From the NCBI GenBank assembly GCA_038496445.1, contig JALMLS010000342.1:1-64000 (forward strand): a DNA stretch of 64,000 nucleotides, given 5' to 3'. The position numbers and the translations under genes are program-made. Positions 12,513 to 24,273 of the stretch are shown here, piece after piece. Numbering within the stretch: position 1 is the stretch's first letter; every line of letters starts with the position of its first letter. This stretch comes from Trichosphaerium sp. ATCC 40318. Lineage: Eukaryota; Protista; Tubulinea. The notes beneath the pieces were generated by a model. It worked only from the letters and a program-made list of their open reading frames with translations. It searched no databases and had not been told where the DNA came from.

Positions 12513-14845
12513 ATGAGAAAAGTTAAAAAATTACGCTGGGAAGCTCATGGTAACCAATCACGTGAAATAAACCACAGAGTTGAGGTAATCTTTTTCATAA
12601 CAAACAAAAAATACGTTTTACTGATGTACAGTGACTTACTGTTTTATACAGCCGCTTTTTGCGAAGGATGGTGCTAGTAAGGAAGCACAACATGATCGGC
12701 GTTTAAAGCCACCAAAGTTTAAATTTAAAAGTGGTGGAGGTGCGTTAACTACGCGACCACAGTGTAAATCTAATGTGTTTAAGTTATTTTAAAATTATTA
12801 TCACCAAAAGACGAAATCACGTGCTTCGCTTATGGTACAGATACAACGGGTGTTGATCTCACTGTTGTTGGCACTCAGGATGGTAAAATAATCTGGCACG
12901 ATAAGGTGAACGATTCTCATGAAGGCGCTGTTATTGATGTTGTCATAACAGATAATTGCGGTGAGATTCTAAATAACTGAATACATACGCTTATTTTGCC
13001 TTTTTGTGTTGCACATTTTGACATGGTTCTAGAGTTCTTTGCGTCATGTGGTAGGGATGCTAGGGTAATATTGTACAATAAAATGACAGGTAGTAAATTT
13101 AATTGTATTAATGACGTCATGACATTTTCAAAGGTGAGAAGCGTCAATATGATGGGTTTCCTTCTCCTGTTACTTGTATATCACTTAGTCCAAACTTTAA
13201 AGACCTCAATGGATCTTTCGCTTGCGGGTAAGACGCTGTAATCCCATATAATCTTACAAAAAATAGTATGGCTAATGGAAAGATTGTTATGGCCAGAGGA
13301 GGGTGGCGAGGGCACGTTTTCATTTTTTTAGTTTGTATTTTGACATTTTAAAATCAGACGAAGTTATATTGTTGTTGCTTCAACGAAGGAGTTTGTTACA
13401 AAGCTCAATTGGAGCAAAAATGGATATTTAACATATGTCACAAGCAGCGGTGTAACTCTACTTGAGGGTTTGACGTATAAGCAAGTTGGATTTTTGAAAC
13501 GACCACGTATTGTAGCGGACTCACGATGTTATTTGTATTGGCACAATGAAAAAGACTTGGTACCCAAAAAAAAAAGTATCTCATTTTTCTTAGTTTTTTC
13601 TTAGGTTGTAGGATGGGGCACGTGATTATTTTAGATGGTTTTAACAAGAAGTTTGTTAATTGGTTTGTAGGTAAGGATATCGCAATTGTTCAACTCCGTG
13701 AGAAGAGAAGTCTTTTGAAACAAAAGAAAACAGATATGATTTTCAAAGTAAGATATAAAACAGAGTTTACTATTTGTGGAATTGGACCTTTTTTGGTCCC
13801 GGGTACAGACTCAAGACAACTAATGGTTCTACAACTAATGGACGTACGTGTTGCCAACATCTAGTCAATACTTATTTGACTTAAAATTTAGGAATTCAAA
13901 CCACATGCACGTGTGAAACTAGTTGTTTTAACAACGGATCCAAACCTGTCACATAAGAAAGAGTATTATAATTCACAACTTGAACTCGAATGTACTGGTA
14001 GAGTTGTGCCATACCAAGTTATTCTTAGTCATAGTATAAATGGTCGGTATTATATTTTAGCACCAACAGAGGTTATTATATTTGAAGACTTGAATACACA
14101 AGATAAAGTGGCATGGTTCTTAGAGCGCAATAGGTGAATATTTGTTCTTAAGTTGTTTTTGCTGAGTTCTTTTGTCAAGGCATTTTGAAGCACTTGCTCT
14201 TTTGGATAAATCAGGAGGTAATAGTAGCTACTCACAATGATAGCTTCTTGATTGACCATTGTTAGGAGAACCAGAACAAATGCAAATCATAAGACAATCA
14301 TATGTAGACTTGTTGTTTGAAAAAGGTGAGAAACACGAAGCTATCAAGGATATTAGACAACTAATTTGTTTTTGATTCAAGGCATGTACAAGGAGCTCCT
14401 TGACTTGATAATATCAAACCTTGTATTCGCTCCACATGTAGAATTACTTGCTTCAAATATCAGAAGAGTACTAGATTCAGATTATGATGCTACAGATGGA
14501 ACATTAGTTTCTTTATACGTTAAAATTCTAATGAACAAAGGAGATGATAAAGTAGAAGAGTCGCTTTATTTTTTTATTTCACAGAACTTAGCTATGAAGA
14601 ACGAGCTTAATAAGCTTACACCACGTGATAAAGAAGATTGTAGTGATGAAAAAGAAACTAGTGATCCTATACCAATGTTTCCAAAGACTAATGAAAGTAA
14701 TATAAATGGTGTTGATGTACAACTTGACGATGATGATATGCAATTTCCTATTGAACCTACTGATTTATCTGAATTTATTGCTACTACTCCAGAAGAAAAA
14801 CAAGTACAGTACATACAACAGTTTATAGATAAACAATTTCTGTAA
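12513..14845 (+). CDS. VPS41-like protein (WD40 beta-propeller plus short helical region; C-terminally short)
   Basis: KPPKFKF, VVGTQDGKI, SHEGAVIDV, FASCGRDA, LVVGW|GK, YKTEFTICGIGPF and YYILAPTEVIIF..DKVAWFLERNR match VPS41 in order; start codon uncertain. Confidence 0.7.
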
Positions 14846-14940
14846 TAGTTGCGGTTATGTGAGGTAGCACGTATTACATAGCATTCAAACAGCCAAAAAG
14901 TATTGTTTTTTTTTATGACAAAACTATTATCATGTCATAG

Positions 14941-15090
14941 AGACATGATATCCAGGCGCCATTTCTAAGCCACCCTTTCTACAATAACATTGATACAATT
15001 GCAATTTAGGGTCAATTGGCCATTCGCATACCACTCCTTACACTCCCTCAATGAAACATCACTTTCCATCAACTTTAGATAGCGCTTTGA
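14941..15090 (-). pseudogene. Degenerate MORN2/YwqK-like repeat fragment
   Basis: The minus frame reads RECKEWYANGQLTLNCNCINVIVERVA*KW, resembling the MORN-variant repeat (KEWYENGQL...NG..EG...KW), with an internal stop. Confidence 0.35.
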
Positions 15091-15223
15091 ATTGTTATAG
15101 TTTTATTAGCTTGTATTGGCTTGTTTAATTTTTGTTTATTTATTTAAATGCCGAAAACAATTCCTTGGTAACTTGTAGTGCTGGTGATGGGTAACCGACT
15201 CGAAGACTCTTGTAGTGCATACT

Positions 15224-17235
15224 TCAGGTGCGCTTTGTAAATTTAACTTTCACACCATAGAGAGACTTTAGAATAAGTCTGAAAACAGGGATAACTTTAT
15301 GTTCCGGATCCAACTCAATGTTATAAACGCGAAGTATCATTGCAAGGACAACTATCATTTCGTGCATAGCAAAGTTCTGTCCAATACAGTTTCGAGGACC
15401 TAGTATATACTTCAGCACAAATACATAGGAACTTATTCTAGAACACGTGCCGGCACTGAATGGAATATATGTAAATGGTTTAGGTGACTCTAAAAATCTT
15501 TCTGGCATAAATTTTTCTGGTTCTGGCCAGACAGTAGGGTTTCTATGCAATGCGTATGCTGACACTTGAATCATCGAGCCTGGTGCCATTACTGTATTTT
15601 TCAACGTTAAAGGTTCTTTGAGGTCACGCATGATAAAGGGTACTGTGAATACTTGTCAGATAGAGATGCTTGAAGGTAAGGAAATGAGTACCTGCTGGGT
15701 ATAACCTCATTGTTTCTTTTATGCAAAGAGTCAAGTACTTGAACGACACTAGGTCCTCATATTCAGGAAATTTCTTATCACCTAGGATTTTGTCTACTTC
15801 TTCTTGAGCTTTGCGTTGGGCTTCTGGATTGTTAGCCAAACAATACAATGCCCAGCTAAGAGAGTGACCTGTCGTATCATGACCTAAGGAAGTGTAAGAA
15901 AATAATTGTAAACTCAGTGATTAGTTCGGTGGTGCCTTCAAATAAGAATGTATCAACTTCTTCATGGATTGATAAGAAGTCTAGAGGTTTACCATCTTCA
16001 TTACGACACTCAAGAAGAATATCAAGAAAATCTAGCTTCTTTGTATTGGAAACAGTGCTTTCCTTGAGCTCTCTCATACGATTTTTTATGATGTTTGAGG
16101 TGTGTGCATGCATCTTGTCCATTGCCTTAAAGTATCGCGATCCGGTAGACGTGAGTTTAAACAGACTGTGGTTTTGGAGAAAGGGGAGATTGCGGATCCA
16201 TAGTTCGGCCATTGACGAGATCTCCTCAACAGCCTTGACATACTCTTCACCTTTTTAGGCACGTCTAATGTCATATTGCGTACCAGATTGACCACTTGTA
16301 GCGTTAAAATCAGAATTAAAAGCACAAAGACCTTGAATACACGATAAACAAGAAGTCAAGAATGATTTTTTGTTTTTGTACCGACAATATCCAAGCTGAG
16401 ATGTGTCATTTCTTTTTGTACCTCAATGTATTGTCCAAGATGTTTAGAGGCTCTATTGTCGTTGAGTTAGATATAATACAATGTCTACAACGTACACAAT
16501 ATCTGCAAACTCCTTCGCTTTGTTTGCAGCTAATCGAACATACCCCTTTTAAAAAACAATCAAAATCTATTGTGTTTTCTCCACGAACCTTCAAGATATT
16601 GTAGTGGAAGCCTGGTGTAAGCAATCGCCTTCGTGTTTTCCACTTTGACCCTGAGCTACCAAACCGTCAATAGGTATGTTTGTGTGTTCAAGTATAACCT
16701 GAGAAGTAGGCCATCTCGAAGCCATGGACGAATAATAAAGTATCCCATGCCTTTTTCAACGTTCACGGACGATTTCATTAGCGGCTTGATGTACTTAGGA
16801 TCGCTTATACAGGCTTTCACGAGAGGTTAGAAACTGATGTCAGAAGATAATTTATCACGTGCCCAAAACTAGGCTTGGACCTAACCACTGCCGAAAAACG
16901 TAATCATACTGGATGTTCCGCTGTACGTGATTCTAGGATTACATATTTGCGGTTAAACGTTGACCCGTCTTTGTATACATCAACTACGTACCTCCATTAC
17001 TTTCTCTAATGGTATACCATGTGATGTACCGAACAATATGTGCCTAGGTGGGCCAGGCAGCTAAAGATGGTAAACAAGCTAACACGAGCCTAAAACACAC
17101 CTTGGTTGCGCCACTATACTGAATGTATGGCCAAATGAATATCTAAAGAGGTATTGGTTAATTTCAAACTGCAGTGGCTTGTACCCTCCCAACTATAGCA
17201 AGCACAAGCACCACAACGACAAGCAACAGATACAT
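15224..17235 (-). CDS. Cytochrome P450 (CYP4-clan-like)
   Basis: N-terminal TM anchor, LPGPP, WKTRRRLLTPGFH, EEVDTFLFE|GHDTT, IKETMRLYP, PEKFMPERF and heme motif FSA|GPRNCIG. Confidence 0.96.
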
Positions 17236-17452
17236 TACGAAAAAGCACTTTCACGTGTCAAGACGCTAATTGGGTTGACTTTTTTATTGGCACAAAATAG
17301 TCCCACTTGAGCAGGAAATTGTGCAAAGCAGCTTCTAACATTCGCGGTGACTATTAAACTTTGTACAATTTCGATAGCCGAAAACAGTCAAATCGCTTAT
17401 TTTGTTAAGTGATGTGATGTCATTCCGTTGCAAAGATCTTTTTTACGGAACA

Positions 17453-19552
17453 ATGACACACACGTTGGTTGTATTGCTCGCTGTTTTTGCTACTATTGTT
17501 TCAGCAGGTATGATTGTGTGCGCCAAAAAGTGATAGTAACAAAAAACAGCGGTGAACGTTGATTCGACGTCTCAATGCACATCTAGCTGCGGTTCTGCGT
17601 CCTCTCCGCACAGTAATCTCGCTGGTAAGTACAATTATTTGCTAGTACAACAACGCTAACACGCAAAAGACGCGCTAGGTGATATACCGAATGGTGGCGA
17701 ACTACTTCTGGCTCCAGGGACATACACAGTACGTTTCCTTTCCATTTCAGAATTTAACAGAGATAAAGGGAACAAACAATATCAACGTAGTCTTACAGTC
17801 AGGTCAATACATCATAAGGTATGTGAGAGAGTCGCCACAAAACGCCGTTATTTTTTTTTTACTGACAGTAAAAAGTGGAACGGATAGCGATGATGTGTCA
17901 GTCATAGACTGCGAAACTAACGGCTTTGGCTTTGAATTGAACAGCGGTACATTTACTCTTGTACGTACACACTTTGAATAGGAGTTCGTTGGTGCTTACC
18001 TTTTGTAAAGCGCAATCTTAAACTGGTCAACTGTCGCAGATCAGAAGGTGCTGGAGTGCGTGTTACAAACTCATACGCTGAGTTACATAACGTACATTTT
18101 GATGGCAATGAGGCATCAACAGATGGAGGTAAACATATCTGATAACTTGCTTTCAACTTTGAAAGTTCCAACTCCTTTTTTTTTTTTTTTCAAAGTTTGT
18201 AATTAATGTTGAAAATAATTTATTGTATTAGGCGGCCTCTATGTTTCTAGTGGCACAGTCAAGATTTTCGGTGGTTCATTTAAAAACTCAAATGCGGCTC
18301 GGGGCGGAGCCATCGTTGTTGAATCTGCATATCTTGCTTTCTATGCACCTTTCTCGTTCGAAGATAATGACTCGCCAAACGTTAGCGTTACACCTTTGTG
18401 TTCTGTTGATTGAATACTAACTTGAATGCTTCAGGGTAAAGACTTAAGATGCAGAGATGCCACTATCGAGCTCTTTGATGATGATAGTAATAGCTTACCA
18501 TCTGACAATACTTGTCCTGCCTGCGAGATTATTTTCAAGAAAGGTAACAACGAAAGTCATTTTACTTTTAGTTTTATGTCGTTCTGTATTTGGTCTAACA
18601 CTTTTTATTATTAGCAAACAACTCAGAGTCTACGCGTATATGCGGATCAGGTAGAGGCCAGGACAATACAAATCCATGCAACTTTGCGTATGTTAACACT
18701 ACCAAACAGTTCTTTATTAATGTACCATTAGGGAAGCACAACAGTGCAATAACAAATTGCTAAACTGCGTTTTCATTGCTGCTACACAAGCCAACCAAAG
18801 GAATAGCTCAGGAAATGGACAATCTGACCTTGTACGTATCACTTAGAGCTATAATATCCCTCTAATCAACATATAGCAATGCGGTTGCTACGGAGCTTAT
18901 GGAGTATGTGTTGGAGATAGTAAGTGTGCCGACGGACTTCTATATGATCTATACAAAGATTCATGTGAAGCAAACTGTGACCCAGCGCAGTGCTCTGTAT
19001 CAGGCGTAGATACACCAACTATACCTTGTACGGAACCCAAAGAAAAATTGTTACAAGTTCTTGCTTATTATGTACATAGACACGAAGCTACTTGTACTTA
19101 GACTGATAGCTTGTAATTTCCTCGAAGAAATTGTAGTTCAATTGGAAGAACTATTCAGTATAACGTTAGGTAGAGCAGTAGTCGTAAAGGTACGAAACGG
19201 CACAATTAATCTGTCTGATTCTAATCGTAACCAAAATAGGTAAAAAGTATATTGGGATGTAGCGAGTTTGATACTTCCAAGAGAGCCACAGGTGGATCTA
19301 CAATTGAACTTTATGTTGAAGGTAGTGAAGGTGCGAATCAACGGCTTTGGGCCAGATTATGATTAACGCATACTAGCTGAGCAAGCTGATTTAATGGCAA
19401 CAGCAGCGTCAGCAGTACAAGCAGGACAATTCCAAAATGTTGGAGTTGAAAGTGCCACTGTACTTGGCTCTTCTTCCGATAGTAAAATATCGGCTACTTT
19501 CAACCTCTTACTTCTTGCATTTGTTGCATTTGTCTTCACGCTTACAGCATAG
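17453..19552 (+). CDS. Secreted/surface protein: pectin-lyase-like beta-helix N-terminus, Cys-rich region, C-terminal hydrophobic (GPI-like) tail
   Basis: Signal peptide MTHTLVVLLAVFATIVSA; CGSASSPHSNLADAL..LLLAPGTYTGTNN cap; GNEASTDGGGLY and NAARGGAI repeats; ends LLLLAFVAFVFTLTA*. Confidence 0.7.
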
Positions 19553-19750
19553 GAGTATTATATCACAATACAAATAAACATTACATTTAACTTAGAAATA
19601 TGAACAACTTTTCTCTCGCAAGATTGTATCAAGGCCTTGTTCTTTTTATTTTTCATCACTTAAGGGTGTGGAGCGCCGAACGAAATACCTGTTTCGTCAG
19701 ATTTGTGTAACGAAGATTGCATTTTGCGTTTTTGTTTTCATAACACCAGT

Positions 19751-20586
19751 TTATTGTTGCTTGTTTTCTACTATTTCTCGTACTTTTTTTTCAAGCTCAA
19801 AAACGTGTGCGTCCTCTACGCCCATTGCGCGTAGACTTATTGCAAGCTGAAACAAGTATTCTCTATTAGTACCACTTGGTCCTAAAAGAAGTATTAGGCC
19901 TGATTGGTTCACAAAAAAAATAAACAATCACGTGCCAACACTTCTTGCAATTTGCTGAGCGAGATCATTAACAGGTCCTGGACCAAGGAAACTTGGATTG
20001 TCTTCCGTAGCAGTATAAATAGAAACGCCTTTGATAACATCCTCTCCTCCATCCTTCGGACAATGAATATCAACAATGTGCCTAGTGTAACCCTGTATCT
20101 CGCGATTATCCTGCAGTAAACTGTTAACCCGAGGCTTTGATAAACGCTCCAGAACGTACCAAATAGTCAATGACTTGCTCTTTTTTGTCCGCTGGAATAC
20201 TATACACAACGCCCCAAGTGGTTTCCTTGGCGTCACATGTCAGTACTATTATTTGTAGGTGCTACTTACTTTTTCATCTGGAATGAGGGTGACTACTCTC
20301 CCAGGGCTTCCCTTGTTGCTTCTATTAGTTGAATGTCAAAGCTTTTATAACGTACAGGCACACCACGATGATCTGTAGAACCCTATGTATTGTGTTGAGA
20401 ATTCGAAGCGTCAATTGCACAAACTTACTTGCCAGAACCTGCGTTTGTATCCTTTAATGTATCCATTGCGCCTAGGGTGTTAGTTACGCTTATTTATTGC
20501 CTTATGTCGTACTTTTCATCAAATGGCATGTCAGCGCTCGGGCGCCACACCAAAGAGCCATAACCGAATATCCAAAGGCGGGACAT
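19751..20586 (-). CDS. CHAC: ChaC glutathione-specific gamma-glutamylcyclotransferase
   Basis: LWIFGYGSLVWRP, GYKRRFWQ|GSTDHRGVP, PGRVVTL, LDNREIQGY, QIARSV|GPSGTNREYLFQL. Confidence 0.95.
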
Positions 20587-20981
20587 TATCTCTCGAAAGA
20601 ATACTCCACTTTACTCTCAAATGTACTCTATAATACAACCCTGGCAAACCAATAATACTTCCTAGCGAAGAAAATCAAAAAGAGTGGGTTTCAAGCGAAT
20701 AACTTGTTTGTGTTAGTACAACAGTGACATTTCTTGACTTATTATGTCATTTAAATGTCTCAGCAACGTGCTATTTCAGCGTAAATTGCAGTCGCTCCAA
20801 ATAGGTGAATAACGTTACATAACAATAGAGCTAGCTTTAAACAAACGTGAATGATTCTTCGAAATAAATATATCAACTTTATGATGTGATTATGAGAATA
20901 CAACTTAAGTCTCAAGGTAGCTGAACAACATAAATCAACAACCGCAACAACCAGCTACAACAACAACAACCAACAAAAAAA

Positions 20982-21248
20982 ATGAACAGACCAGGCCAAA
21001 GAGAAGAGAGAATGTTACTCGAAAACGCTGAAATGTTTTTGCAAATGGGCCAAAGCAAAACGCGAAGAAGCCAACGCAACTGCGCCAACACCTCTAGAAT
21101 GAGCGCCAACAATAGCAGAATGGCACGTCGTTACAACAGAAGCAGAAATAACAACACCAATTCGCGCAAACCGGCCCTCTCGCGTATGAACACCTTTGAT
21201 GAAGCGCAGTACTTTGTAAACACTTGGGGAAACGCTTCAAATTGTTAA
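20982..21248 (+). CDS. Small intronless Arg/Asn-rich hypothetical protein (88 aa)
   Basis: Clean ORF with an AAAAATG start context and a CAA-rich leader like that of the cofilin gene; no recognised domain. Confidence 0.5.
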   Translation: MNRPGQREERMLLENAEMFLQMGQSKTRRSQRNCANTSRMSANNSRMARRYNRSRNNNTNSRKPALSRMNTFDEAQYFVNTWGNASNC

Positions 21249-21973
21249 AACAACAAATTCAGCTTTTCTCGGAACGATGGATCTTAAAATGTAAAACTTG
21301 TACATAAACACTTCACTACATTTTATGTCTTTTGTTTGCTGCGATGACGTAGCTCCCTGTGCATTCCTTAGACATTTGATAGGATAAAAGCGAAAAAGTA
21401 CGCTGCCTTGTAAATAAAACTGTCAATCTCAACCCTATTCGCCAATTGCTTTTTGCTATTTCCACACCAACCGAATAAACTTGTATCGGTCCGTAACGTC
21501 ATTGCCAAGAAAACAAGTACCTTAATACGATTAAGTCGGTTTCAAAGCGATTTCATTGAGAAAGTATTGTGATAATGCACTGCTGGATAACGCCAGTTTA
21601 GGCTTGCGTTTGCGCATAGAAGTATTGACGTGGGTATTAACGTTTTACGACATTCGATGTCTTATCTTTGGGATCCCACAAAAAAAGTTGGTCATTTTCT
21701 AATGTACAACTCTGTTTCTCATCTATTTAATCAACCTCTTCTCGGCCTTTTGGCTAAGATCAAGTGTAGTATCTGTTCTCAGCAGTTTAAACGCTGTTGG
21801 TGTTATTCCTACGGGAAGCACGAAACCGTTTATGCTAATTTTTTATTTTGGGCTTCTTGGACCGTTGCAGGCTTGCCTGTTTAACAAATCCTCGTTGCAA
21901 CGATCTACATGGTGTTGCACTACCCGCCATTCGAGGTCAACCATATCCTTTAATACAAAGAAAAAAAAACCAA

Positions 21974-23897
21974 TTAAACAAAATTCAATGAAGCCAGCTT
22001 CAGTTGTTGCACTATTTCTGTTTGCTCAGTTGCTTGCGTAGAGTCTTTGGGCATTTTTTCACCATTTCCCAAGTATCTTCCTATCACATTATGTTGCCTG
22101 GTGTCTAGCATTCCCTTATCTAGTACAATAAGTTTTGAAACTAACAGAACAACTTTACCCAAACAGAAAGGACATGTTCCTTTTTTCCGTTTCTTCTTTT
22201 TAACAGCCTTTCGTTTCATGCAATTCTTACATGAATTAGATTTTAAGCTATATAACATACGCAATTGTATATCTTGAGGATCAAATATGGATAAATCAAT
22301 AAGTTCTAAACCAAAGAACTTAACACATAACAAAACTTAAAAGAAAAAAAAAAGTTGTGCGTCACGTACCTTCCCACTTGTTATGATCAAGAAATTCTTT
22401 GATTCCAGACGACAGCTCTTCTAAATCTTGCATGTGTTTCAGAAGTTTTGATAGAAATTCTTGGTGCTGATCACGTGTAACAAGAATATCATGCCAAATA
22501 AAGTGATATCCGTATTTCCAAATTACTTGAGGATTACCTATCGCCTTAAAATGGCTATCTGTTCCAGTAACGATAAACTCACAACTTTCCTCAGGAAACA
22601 TCAATGAAACAAACTTGGCAAAGGTATCAAGAAAAAGACCAAGAACTTGATCATTACTCCAATCATTGCTCGCTGACTTGATATCCAAATCAACATGTAA
22701 CTTATACTTTGTGTCTGCAATCTCAACTATTTTCAAGGGAATCTGATCCATAACTGCTTTCGCACAAACTACATACAAATTCTCATATTCGCTTTGAGGT
22801 ATACTGAAAGTCTCTTTTGTGCTCACTTCCCACCACATGTGCGTTGGTAATCCACCTTCAACATCATGATCGACTAACCAATCCTGTACAAAGTTTTTAC
22901 CTCTAACTCTACGTACACGTTTCTTGTTTGTTGGAGCTTTCTTCTTGGTATTCGTATTAAGCAGTGGCACTTGTATAAAATCCTGCCCTTTAGCTGCGAT
23001 AATAACAAGCTGCTTTTCAGATAGTTGTGTAATCTCTGTAACAACAACGCCATACTCAGTGTAACATACAGTCTTTGCATTGCTACGGAAACGCAGCTTA
23101 CTGCAAGCTTGTTTCACAAAATCTTTAAATGCTGTAGTATGTGTAACTACAAGTGGTTTTGTTGGTGTACGCTGACCATTGTTATTAGTAACCTCAACAA
23201 GCCAACGAGTTTTTTTTTCAGTTGTAGTAGCAGAGGTCTCAAGTTTATGTACTTTTGTGGGACCACCTCCTTTTCGCTTAGATCTCTGCCTTACGTCCCT
23301 TTTTAGTTTCTCACGAGCCTTATTAACATCTTCTATCGTTGGTTCTTGAAGGGTGTACTCACCATCGTTATCTCCAATAACTGCTTTTATGGTAGTGGCT
23401 AGTGAAATTGTAGGGTCTTTTAAAATAGAGAGAACTGTGTTGTGGTACCTTTGTAGTCAGCATTGAGGATTTTTAAGCGTTAGTACATACCGTTCTTGCA
23501 TTGTAAAGCTGCTAGTGATGAAAACTATTGAGCCTCCATAAGTTTTAGGTGGGTATCGCGTGACATCAAGCCAGTCAGTATCTAGAGTTAATAAAATGCG
23601 TTCTGGGTCATTTTTAAGAGTTTCATAAATGTCATCGTCCAGTTTTCCTCTACTATTGCCCTCAATTAACGCAATGTCGAAATTCATGCGCTGCAGCATC
23701 GCTTGTTGAGTCAATTACAACAATGCACTTGTAAATTATAGAAATAGGCTATTACCGCTATACACATACCTCTTAATGCTTTAGAAGTACAATTTTCATC
23801 CAAAAACACTAGTAAACGTAAACAGTGTTTGGCAGCTACGGAGCGCCTCACCTTTGCAACACTTAAACGCCGTTGAACCACAATTCGGTTCTGCCAT
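21974..23897 (-). CDS. DUF5615 PIN nuclease - DCX/ubiquitin-like - AEP primase/polymerase (Zn-ribbon) fusion, 5 introns
   Basis: K|VFLDENC..GKLDDDIY..RILLTLDTDWLDVTRYPPKTYGGSIVF (PIN); FKDFVKQACSKL..YTEYG..LVIIAAKGQDF (DCX-like); LHVDLDIK, GYHFIWHDI, LIDLSIF..LRMLYSLK, CKNC..CPFC (AEP). Confidence 0.8.
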
Positions 23898-24273
23898 TGT
23901 TATTGATAATGTATTCGTTGCCAAAGTTGTTTTTTTTGTGTTTTTGGTTTTCGCTGTGATCAGTGAATATTACTACAAGATACTACACAACAAGCGGTTA
24001 AGAAAGAGTCAGCAAATAATCTCAAAATCCCTCTCAAAACATGACACCCAGAGCTCCAACGGTAGTTTTTTGAATAGTTGAATTTTCTGTTTAGACTTGT
24101 TCTTAGAATGGACGTGGTGCTGTTTATGATGAATAACAAACTACACGAGGTTGCACAAACGTGCAATGCAACACGTGATCAGATGAAAGCCATGTACACA
24201 TTTAGTATTTTAGCAGCCTGGTGCTTTGAAGAGTTTGAGTTGCGGGGACTTAACATTTACTTGGCATTTTTTT

